Shown here piece after piece: positions 1 through 6,537 of a stretch of 15,558 nt of DNA; position 1 is the stretch's first letter; every line of letters starts with the position of its first letter. Location: NCBI GenBank assembly GCA_022560555.1, contig JADFSZ010000017.1:1-15558 (forward strand). Direction: 5' to 3'. A model generated the notes under the pieces. That model saw nothing but the letters and a program-made list of their open reading frames with translations, did not search any database and had not been told where the DNA came from. The position numbers and the translations under genes were made by a program. The DNA comes from PVC group bacterium. GTDB lineage: Bacteria > GCA-001730085 > JADFSZ01.

Positions 1-1146
1 TTGGAGATAGTTGAAGCGCTTTTGGATGAGACAAGTATTGAACTGGAGGAAGTTAGCCAGGTAAAGACGAAATTTGAGAGTCGTGTTGCCGAGTTGGATG
101 CGATGTTCAGAAGCGTCAATCAGGAAGTGATTGCTCTTGAAAAATCTCTTAAAGGGGTTGAAACAGAAAGAGATATATCGATTAAAGCCCAAGATAAATG
201 GCAGTCAAAATTTCTCGCATTAGACAAAAAAATCTCTCAGGATCAATATTTGGCTCGGCTTATCCAAGAGACGGCCCTGTCAAAATCAGCCGCTGACAAA
301 TATCGGGAGCTTCTTGTCCAGAAGAATCAGGAAATTGTATTTCTTCAAATGGAGTTGGATATGCAGAAGGTCGAGAGCGATGAGGACGGGGTTTCCAATC
401 GTGTTATAGCGAGTCTTTCTCGGGAGCTGGCTGCTGAAAAATTGCAAGCGAGGGACGTCAATAATTTACTGGAAGCTCAAAAAGAAAAGCAGGGTATTTT
501 GAATGACAAGTTGATCCTTTATGAGAATGCTCAAAAGAAACTTATCGCGCGTTATGATGACCAGATCCAAAACCTAAAGGAGTCCCTGGGAAACTTAAGC
601 GAAAAAGTAACATTGAAATCAGAGGAAAATAGTTTGCTCAAGCATAAACTCGATTCCATTGTTCAGGTTTTTACAAATCAAGTGGAGCGGATCAATCTGA
701 CGAAATCAGCCTTAGACTCAGAGTTAATCCGCGCAAAACATTTGATTAATCAGGAACAAAATTCTGTGGCTTTGCGGCCTATCCTTGTTCCAAAACCTGA
801 AGACCGGTACGCTTCACCCTCACAAATTGAGAAAAGAGGGAACTCCCCTCAAAAGATGTCCATCAAGTTGAATACGAGTTTATCGGATCTCGTTGGCTCA
901 ACTGATTTGCTTGAGGCGCGTATACTTTCTTCAAGCAAAGGTGATCAAGATTTTGTTATTTTAGATAAAGGCCGTACGGATGGAATATATGAAGGTTTGA
1001 TTCTGGATGTATGGGATGCAAATGGCAAAATAGGCGATGTTTCTATTATTCAAACACGCGATAATGTATCCGCGGCTAAAGTCCGCTCTTTAGAACAAGG
1101 AAAAATCATTCAGGAAGGGCATCGTGTTATTAGCAAGGAGTTGTAA
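1..1146 (+). CDS. Coiled-coil protein, 5'-truncated by the window edge (the leading TTG is not a real start). Function unknown. About 250 aa of E/K/Q/L-rich heptad-like sequence, then a Pro/Ser-rich linker, then a C-terminal ~70-aa small beta-barrel-like domain.
   Basis: Frame is open from base 1 to TAA at 1144-1146. The composition is typical of long alpha-helical coiled coils (LDAMFRSVNQEVIALEKSLKGVETERD..., QIQNLKESLGNLSEKVTLKSEENSLLKHKLD...). The C-terminal pattern FVILDKGRTDGIYEGLILDVWDANGKIGDVSIIQTRDNVSAAKVRSLEQGKIIQEGHRV resembles the 'hhIdxGxxDGhxxGhxhxV...G.V.V..V....S.A.V......I..Gd.V' barrel seen in MreC-type and related envelope proteins. That resemblance is from memory, not a search. 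Confidence 0.7.
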   Translation: MEIVEALLDETSIELEEVSQVKTKFESRVAELDAMFRSVNQEVIALEKSLKGVETERDISIKAQDKWQSKFLALDKKISQDQYLARLIQETALSKSAADKYRELLVQKNQEIVFLQMELDMQKVESDEDGVSNRVIASLSRELAAEKLQARDVNNLLEAQKEKQGILNDKLILYENAQKKLIARYDDQIQNLKESLGNLSEKVTLKSEENSLLKHKLDSIVQVFTNQVERINLTKSALDSELIRAKHLINQEQNSVALRPILVPKPEDRYASPSQIEKRGNSPQKMSIKLNTSLSDLVGSTDLLEARILSSSKGDQDFVILDKGRTDGIYEGLILDVWDANGKIGDVSIIQTRDNVSAAKVRSLEQGKIIQEGHRVISKEL

Positions 1147-1182
1147 TTTGCTCATCCTGACAAACCAACGTTCATTTCTCCT

Positions 1183-4100
1183 ATGGCCGAAGATCGCCGT
1201 CTAAAACAAATCGCTTCTCTTTCCCAGGACGAATTATATCAATTAGCCATGATTGATGAGCTCACGGGTGTTTATAACCGTCGAGCACTCCTAACCTACC
1301 TGGATGAACTTATTAAAAGCGCCGAATTAAGCAATGGAACCGTATCTCTTTTGGTTCTTGATATTGATAAGTTCAAATCTATCAATGATACCTATGGACA
1401 TTTAACCGGAGATAAAGCCATTGTTGAAATTGCCAATTTTCTAACAGAGGGTGTTCGTGAAAATGATATTGTTGCCAGATACGGTGGAGACGAGTTTGTG
1501 GTAATTCTGCCTGATGCTCCGGAAGAGAGAGCCGGACAAATAGCGGAACGTATTCGTGAACAAGTGGCTCAAAAGAAATTTATGGCTCATGACAGTAATC
1601 AAGAGATTAAAATGAGTTTAAGTTTTGGTCTGGCTGTCTATCCACAGGATGCAAAGGAATCCAAAAAACTTTTTACTCAAGCTGACCGGGCTCTTTACGC
1701 ATCTAAACGTGCCGGAAGAAATAAATTGTCACGGATCTCGGATGTGTCTTATATTCTCGAAAAAGAGGAAAACCTTAACGTATGTTTGAATGATCCGCCT
1801 TTAGTCGGCCGTGACGCGCAGATGCAAACGATAATGCGGGCCTATGAGGAGGCAAAAGGAGGTCGAAGGAAATTTATGATTATCCAATCTAAGCCCGGGT
1901 TTGGTAAATCTAAAATGCTGGACGGCCTCAATAAAAATGTCCAAGGAAACACGGATACATTTATGCATATCTTTCGATGCCGGCGCGAAGAAATCTCATT
2001 GCCGTACCAACCGATCATCGATTTTATAAAAGAAGTTGTTTCCGAAGCCGGGCATAAATATAGAGATAAATTAGAGGAAGTCTTTATAAAACTCCAGATT
2101 GAAGAACAGGCTGTTCTCGCAGATACTATCCGAGAGTTATCTTCATTCCGAAAAGATACATCGGAAATGATTGTTGCCGAAGACAAGAAGAGAAATATTC
2201 TTTTAAAGGGTTTGTCTCAGATGTTTATCAATATGAGCCAGGATCAAACTATTATATTGGCTTTTGACAATATACAAAGAGCCGATGCCGCGACATTGCA
2301 CCTCTTGAATAGTTTGTTTTCATTCAAAGAGGAGTTTCCGTTATATTTGGTCGCGACTTGTGATGAAGCGGAACAAGGTTCTCAAGGACCTGATACGATG
2401 TTTAATTTTTCAAAATTATTGGATCAACTAAAGAATAAAATTGTTGTTTCCCGGATTGAGCTCGGGCTTTTGACAGAAAACGATTCCAATGCATTGCTGA
2501 TAGGTTTATTTGACAGCCAGGATTTAAACAAAAATTTTGCCAAAGCTATATATCTTCAAACAAAGGGGAATGTACGATTTATTATCGATTTTATCCGTCA
2601 ACTTAAGAAGAGCAATGTTATACGAATGGAAGAGGGCTCTTGGCAATTTGGAGAAATTGGCGAAAAAGATTTTGCCAAGTCCTATGACACAATTATGAAT
2701 GATATTGTCAGTCACATTGATCCGGAGGTTTTACGGATTCTTGTTGATGCTGCCGGAATCGGTCAGGATTTTAGCTTGGATACGCTTGCGAAACTGGAAG
2801 ATGAAAATATAGGGCAAGTCCAGGACGCGCTTGATAAAGCTAGGAGAGCGAATATCATTGAGCCTCAAAATGCTCAGGAAACACAGTTTAGTTTTGTCAG
2901 TGAAGAGATGAAAACTTTTATTTGGAGCCAGGTAGACGCTACATACCGAAAAAATCTTCATAAACGTATCGGAGAAATCGTAGAATTTGAATATAAAGAC
3001 AATATTGATGATGTGGCCAGTGAATTGGCTTATCGATATAGTGAAGCCGATATGAAGGATAAGGCCAAAATATACGCGGATCGTGCTGCTAAGCGCGCTG
3101 AAAGCCTTTTTTCCAATGAGGAGGCCCTGCAATTTTTTGAAGAACTGATCGAAAGTTTAGATCTTAATATCGGAACAACCGAAGAGGAAATCAAAGAAGA
3201 ACATATCTCGATTGTTTTTAATATTCTCCAATCTTTTAAGTCTGCTGTGAGAAATATCGCTGTATATCCCGTGGGACATAAGATGCGGGGCGACTCTAAC
3301 CAGGCTTTATGGGCGTCCTGTGAGGAGTTGTTTCAATTTTATTATTCGGTTAGTTTTGCTCGTACGAGCCTGGACACCGGGAAAGACAGTCTTCTTATCA
3401 ATGGACGCGAGATTCCGGGTAAAAGAGGTGATGTGGTTTCATTAGCAGCAGGGGTTTTAAAGTTGTTACAGGAGAACAATATCGAAAGCATCATCTTTAA
3501 TCGTGGAATCAGCTTAGAGGAAATCTCCGTGTTTTTACAACTCACAAGTCTCGGAGTAGAAAAGTTAAAGGCGATAGGGGGTCTCAAGGAAACGATGACG
3601 CGTAACAGTATTAAAAATATTAAAATCGACGAGGTTCGTTATCGAAAAATTTTAACGGCTGAAGAAGAAGTCGAACGCAGAAAATCCTTATTAAAAGATA
3701 TGGTCTCAAGCGAATTCTTAATGGATGAATTTATGAAGACGGGTATTGGCGGTGAAAATATGCAAGCTGAGCTTATAAACAATCCTAAAGCCATCATTGA
3801 CTATGTCAAAAGCCATCCGGAGGAATTTAATAAGATTTTCATAGAGGGAAAAGGGGGTGCGGTGATTAGTGGTGTTGAGTCCGCGCTTCAGCAGGCAGAG
3901 GGGAAAGGGGATATAGGAGATTTGTATGATTTGCTAAATAAGGTCAGTGTGAGCAATTTAGCTCGAAATGATCAGCTTCAAAAAATATTTGACGAAATTG
4001 TGAAGTTAAAAGAGACTGTTGCTGATGCTGAAGCAAAAGGCAAAATTAATATAGAAATTCAAAAAATCATGGAGGGACTGAAAGGGAAAGGCGTCAGCGA

Positions 4101-5880
4101 TGAAGACAAAAAGAAACTCTTGGCCGAAAAAATTTCGGAAATACCACAAGATATATCAGACAAAGGATTAAAGACCCAATGGGAATCTGACATATCCCAA
4201 TTTCTCGGCTCTTTAAAAAGCGATGATTCTTTAGGCGCATCGTTGAGCCAGGCGATAGAGTTTTTAGGTGATATTCGAAAAAAAATACCTTCAGGCGATG
4301 GGGGAGATGTTTTACGAAAAAAGATGGATCAAATTGTTTTGGAAATCTCACGCCTGGTTTCAAACGCCGATCAGGTGCAAGCACTTGAAGTGGGCCTGGA
4401 AAGTTTAGGGAAGATCGTTGCTCCTCTTAAAAAAGAAACCCAAAACAAAAAAGTTGTCGAGAATCTTGAGAAAATTACTTCGGCTATTCAAGGTAAAAAG
4501 ATTTCTTTCAGGTCTAAAGGCCCAGAAGCAAGGAAAGCCAGGGCTGATTCCGGTATATTGTCCGAGGAAGAAGAATCCCTTGCGTTAAAAATGCTTCTTC
4601 GCCTAAGTCAGGATATGATTATCGATATGATTGTTTCTGAGTTTGATGAGACGTCCGGATCTCTCTTAGGGCTGCGGGGGCTGATTAAGAACATTCTGGA
4701 CAAAACGCCTCTACGAAAGGAATTTATACAGGATTTTATTCAAAAATTGGTTGAAAAGGGCGCTTCTGAAAATAGTTGCGATTTTTTACTAACGAAAAAG
4801 GATTGGGCCAAAGACCTAAAAGCCAAGAAAATTAACAGTCTTATCTCAAGTGAACCTGAGTACACTTGTTACGTAGGATTGAATGAAAATTTTTATCCCC
4901 TTGTAGAAGATCTTGTCCGTGACAAAGAAATCGAGGAACTAGGGCAGGTGCTTGGCCGGTTTTCAGAAATATTTGCGTCTAAGCGCATAGGCGTAAAATT
5001 TTATGCTTTGGACTTTTTCCCAAAACTAATTGAGTGTTTATGTGTTCACGACCACTTTAGTTTAGTTGATGACATGATTACGTGTTTCATTGATACGATG
5101 GCCAAAGAATCTTCCAAAGATGTTTTGCACGAATACTTTACTTTCGTCACCGGATATTTAGATCGCATCATTGTCAGTGAAGATATGAAAAAACTTCAAA
5201 GCTTTTTTATGCAGTTGGATAGCACTGTTCGAGAAAATTCGAAAGCCGCGGACTATCTCGCTCAATTGCACCAAGTCATCGTTAAACACCCCTATTTTGA
5301 AGAAGTGATCAAAATAGTGATGAAAGGATCTATGGATCCCATGTATTTTGCGGCTTTTGATATTTGCAGCGCATTAGGAGATCGAACTATTCCCGTTCTA
5401 CTGAGGCAGTTCGAATCTTATTCTTTAACGGAGGGCTCAGATTATGATCAGTTTCAGATGTATTTTAATATCTCTGAAGTCATTAAAAGCATCGACTCAG
5501 AGAAAGCATACAAAGTTATTAAGGAAAAACTATTTGATGATCGATGGTATGTGGTGAGTAATATTGTCCGTTTGATGGGCATTATCAAAAAGGATGATTT
5601 TGTTCAATCTCTCATGTATCCTCTGAACCATGATGACGCTCGTGTGCGTATGGAAGTTGTGCAGGCTTTGGGAGAAATTGGCACGCCTGATGCTTTAGCC
5701 GCGCTTGCCACAATCTTTACAGATTCGGACCCGAAGGTGAAGCGAACGGCACTGAGTAGCCTCTTGAAAATCGGCTCGAGCGCGGTTATTCCCATTATCC
5801 AGATCGCGCTCAAAGATTCTGATGTCAGTGAAGAAGCCAAGCAGGCGTTAGCGTCTTTGGAAAGCAAAGGAATATCTTAG
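1183..5880 (+). CDS. 1565-aa multidomain signalling protein: N-terminal GGDEF diguanylate cyclase, AAA_16/STAND-type P-loop NTPase with helical (TPR-like) arm, long uncharacterised helical region, C-terminal HEAT (PBS-lyase type) repeats.
   Basis: Uninterrupted 4.7-kb ORF. GGDEF domain motifs: DELTGVYNRR, LDIDKFKSINDTYGH, RYGGDEFVVILPD, SLSFGLAVYP, ADRALYASKRAGRNK. P-loop region: LVGRDAQMQTIMRAYEEAKGGRRKFMIIQSKPGFGKSKML (Walker A) and TIILAFDNIQRADAATLHLL (Walker B). Downstream LGLLTENDSNALL and TKGNVRFIIDFIRQL match the usual AAA_16 family pattern. C-terminal HEAT_PBS-like repeats: DDARVRMEVVQALGEIGTPDALAALATIFTDSDPKVKRTALSSLLKIGSSAVIPIIQIALKDSD. There is no obvious SD before ATG 1183 (upstream is ...catttctcct). 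Confidence 0.9.
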   Translation: MAEDRRLKQIASLSQDELYQLAMIDELTGVYNRRALLTYLDELIKSAELSNGTVSLLVLDIDKFKSINDTYGHLTGDKAIVEIANFLTEGVRENDIVARYGGDEFVVILPDAPEERAGQIAERIREQVAQKKFMAHDSNQEIKMSLSFGLAVYPQDAKESKKLFTQADRALYASKRAGRNKLSRISDVSYILEKEENLNVCLNDPPLVGRDAQMQTIMRAYEEAKGGRRKFMIIQSKPGFGKSKMLDGLNKNVQGNTDTFMHIFRCRREEISLPYQPIIDFIKEVVSEAGHKYRDKLEEVFIKLQIEEQAVLADTIRELSSFRKDTSEMIVAEDKKRNILLKGLSQMFINMSQDQTIILAFDNIQRADAATLHLLNSLFSFKEEFPLYLVATCDEAEQGSQGPDTMFNFSKLLDQLKNKIVVSRIELGLLTENDSNALLIGLFDSQDLNKNFAKAIYLQTKGNVRFIIDFIRQLKKSNVIRMEEGSWQFGEIGEKDFAKSYDTIMNDIVSHIDPEVLRILVDAAGIGQDFSLDTLAKLEDENIGQVQDALDKARRANIIEPQNAQETQFSFVSEEMKTFIWSQVDATYRKNLHKRIGEIVEFEYKDNIDDVASELAYRYSEADMKDKAKIYADRAAKRAESLFSNEEALQFFEELIESLDLNIGTTEEEIKEEHISIVFNILQSFKSAVRNIAVYPVGHKMRGDSNQALWASCEELFQFYYSVSFARTSLDTGKDSLLINGREIPGKRGDVVSLAAGVLKLLQENNIESIIFNRGISLEEISVFLQLTSLGVEKLKAIGGLKETMTRNSIKNIKIDEVRYRKILTAEEEVERRKSLLKDMVSSEFLMDEFMKTGIGGENMQAELINNPKAIIDYVKSHPEEFNKIFIEGKGGAVISGVESALQQAEGKGDIGDLYDLLNKVSVSNLARNDQLQKIFDEIVKLKETVADAEAKGKINIEIQKIMEGLKGKGVSDEDKKKLLAEKISEIPQDISDKGLKTQWESDISQFLGSLKSDDSLGASLSQAIEFLGDIRKKIPSGDGGDVLRKKMDQIVLEISRLVSNADQVQALEVGLESLGKIVAPLKKETQNKKVVENLEKITSAIQGKKISFRSKGPEARKARADSGILSEEEESLALKMLLRLSQDMIIDMIVSEFDETSGSLLGLRGLIKNILDKTPLRKEFIQDFIQKLVEKGASENSCDFLLTKKDWAKDLKAKKINSLISSEPEYTCYVGLNENFYPLVEDLVRDKEIEELGQVLGRFSEIFASKRIGVKFYALDFFPKLIECLCVHDHFSLVDDMITCFIDTMAKESSKDVLHEYFTFVTGYLDRIIVSEDMKKLQSFFMQLDSTVRENSKAADYLAQLHQVIVKHPYFEEVIKIVMKGSMDPMYFAAFDICSALGDRTIPVLLRQFESYSLTEGSDYDQFQMYFNISEVIKSIDSEKAYKVIKEKLFDDRWYVVSNIVRLMGIIKKDDFVQSLMYPLNHDDARVRMEVVQALGEIGTPDALAALATIFTDSDPKVKRTALSSLLKIGSSAVIPIIQIALKDSDVSEEAKQALASLESKGIS
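1252..1731 (+). other. GGDEF (diguanylate cyclase) domain of the 1565-aa protein, about residues 24-183.
   Basis: GGDEF signature at residues 101-105 (nt 1483-1497). RxxD I-site (REND, residues 92-95, nt 1456-1467) lies exactly 5 residues upstream of GGDEF. Only about 23 residues precede the domain. Confidence 0.9.
1795..2622 (+). other. AAA_16/STAND-like P-loop NTPase module of the 1565-aa protein, about residues 205-480.
   Basis: Walker A SKPGFGKS at nt 1888-1911. Walker B IILAFDN at nt 2251-2271, followed by IQRAD...LHLL. This is the family-typical 'hhhhDDhqwaD..sl.ll' pattern except for N in place of the second acidic residue. Confidence 0.75.
5332..5877 (+). other. C-terminal HEAT / PBS-lyase-like repeat region of the 1565-aa protein, about residues 1384-1565.
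   Basis: Repeated 'D..VR..a..aLg.iG...a...L...l.D.d..Vr' units: AAFDICSALGDRTIPVLLRQF; DDRWYVVSNIVRLMGIIKKDDFVQSLMYPLNHDDARVRMEVVQALGEIGTPDALAALATIFTDSDPKVKRTALSSLLKIGSSAVIPIIQIALKDSDVSEEAKQALASL. Confidence 0.7.
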
Positions 5881-5913
5881 GAAGTTAAGGCAGGGGAAGA
5901 TAGGATTATAAAA

Positions 5914-5937
5914 AAAGGGGAGCTTTAACTCCCCTTT
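5914..5937 (+). terminator. Candidate intrinsic terminator after the 1565-aa gene.
   Basis: AAAGGGGAG-CTTTAA-CTCCCCTTT. GGGGAG (5917-5922) pairs with CTCCCC (5929-5934), extended by AAA/TTT, with a 6-nt loop. It lies 34 nt after the TAG stop. The T-tract is only 3 nt, so it is not a textbook terminator. Confidence 0.5.
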
Positions 5938-6042
5938 AAGCTTGAGCAAGCTTAAGATTACAGAAATTAGCATTAAAGATAATCTTAAACCCTCTCAGGC
6001 CCATAATATGACAACACTCCCGAGTATTTAAGTAGCATATTT

Positions 6043-6071
6043 TTTATGGATAAGTCAATTTTTTCTATAAT
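6043..6071 (+). promoter_or_regulatory. Possible sigma70-type promoter for the small membrane-protein ORF.
   Basis: Perfect -10 TATAAT at 6066-6071. The best -35 at 17-bp spacing is only TTTATG (6043-6048, 3/6 match). The call rests on the -10 alone. Confidence 0.3.
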
Positions 6072-6100
6072 TTGTACGCGGTTTTATTAAGCGAAAATCG

Positions 6101-6123
6101 AAAAAAGGGGGAGGGGGAGGAGA
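6101..6123 (+). promoter_or_regulatory. Exceptionally strong, reiterated Shine-Dalgarno / 23-nt all-purine tract directly abutting ATG 6124.
   Basis: aaaaaaGGGGGAGGGGGAGGAGa followed by atg. It contains several overlapping GGAGG registers. Confidence 0.6.
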
Positions 6124-6387
6124 ATGCTTAAGGATTTGGTTATTCAGGTCCCTATCGTTAATCTGTTGATTTGTATCGCCCTTATGACAGGCCTGATTGT
6201 TATGGCACGTCTGAAGTTTAGTGTCCTTGTATTTTATTTAAGCGCTTTTCACTGGGTATTTTTTGCCAACCGCTCCAGGATAGAGGCGTTATCGGATACA
6301 GAGACACTATATATGGGGAGTTTTATTATTTCAGGTATTGGGATGGTCGCCCTGCTCATTTGGATGTTTATGAGTGATATTGATTGA
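6124..6387 (+). CDS. Small (87 aa) hydrophobic protein, predicted 3 transmembrane helices, unknown function.
   Basis: ATG is preceded by the polypurine SD. Three hydrophobic stretches: VPIVNLLICIALMTGLIVMA, FSVLVFYLSAFHWVFFA, YMGSFIISGIGMVALLIWMFM. I recognise no family. Confidence 0.55.
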   Translation: MLKDLVIQVPIVNLLICIALMTGLIVMARLKFSVLVFYLSAFHWVFFANRSRIEALSDTETLYMGSFIISGIGMVALLIWMFMSDID

Positions 6388-6500
6388 TCCTATAATATTT
6401 ATAAGGTAAATATTACTAGATCTTTATGTAATATTATCTTGCTTCTTCTTTGCCTCGTCTGCCCCGTGCTCCTTAACCTGAAAACACACTGATTTTCTGC

Positions 6501-6529
6501 TTGTCATAAAATCGTAAAATGTATATACT
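6501..6529 (+). promoter_or_regulatory. Near-consensus sigma70-type promoter immediately upstream of gpsA.
   Basis: -35 TTGTCA (6501-6506), exact 17-bp spacer, -10 TATACT (6524-6529). The first ATG of gpsA (6538) lies 9 nt after the -10 hexamer and there is no SD in between. Confidence 0.4.
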
Positions 6530-6537
6530 AATTGTTT

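Noticed and set aside
1842-5867. Minus-strand ORFs inside the giant gene (1842..2186, 2524..2715, 2731..3132, 3342..3587, 4094..4384, 5604..5867).
   Set aside because: All lie fully inside a 4.7-kb + strand ORF with clear domain motifs. Their translations are low-complexity or Ser/Arg/Phe-rich, with no recognisable motifs and no RBS. They are typical antisense shadow frames.
5881-6123. Possible c-di-GMP riboswitch (GEMM-I/II) between the diguanylate cyclase gene and the small membrane-protein ORF.
   Set aside because: The context made this attractive. But I find none of the conserved GEMM elements by eye: no tetraloop/receptor pair and no GCAAA/ACGCAAAGC-type conserved stretches. cmscan against Rfam would settle it.
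6101-6123. G-quadruplex in GGGGGAGGGGGAGGAG.
   Set aside because: There are only two runs of three or more G, and a unimolecular G4 needs four. Its position abutting an ATG is better explained as a Shine-Dalgarno element.
1183-6387. Pycsar/CBASS-like defence module: nucleotide cyclase plus adjacent small transmembrane effector.
   Set aside because: The 87-aa TM protein has no room for a cyclic-nucleotide-binding domain. It is separated from the cyclase gene by 243 nt containing a terminator-like hairpin and its own -10 element. The flanks are housekeeping genes rather than a defence island. The GGDEF domain has housekeeping-type I-site and GTP-specific residues.
6393-6415. Hairpin TAATATTTA-TAAGG-TAAATATTA right after the small ORF stop, as a terminator.
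   Set aside because: The stem is entirely A/T (very weak) and is not followed by a T-tract. It could equally be chance symmetry in AT-rich DNA.
6439-6478. Polypyrimidine tract (cttgcttcttctttgcctcgtctgccccgtgctcctt) as an anti-SD partner for the polypurine leader at 6101-6123.
   Set aside because: Complementarity is only patchy (ctcct/gcccc against ggagg/ggggg), and the two tracts are about 350 nt apart with a translated ORF between them.
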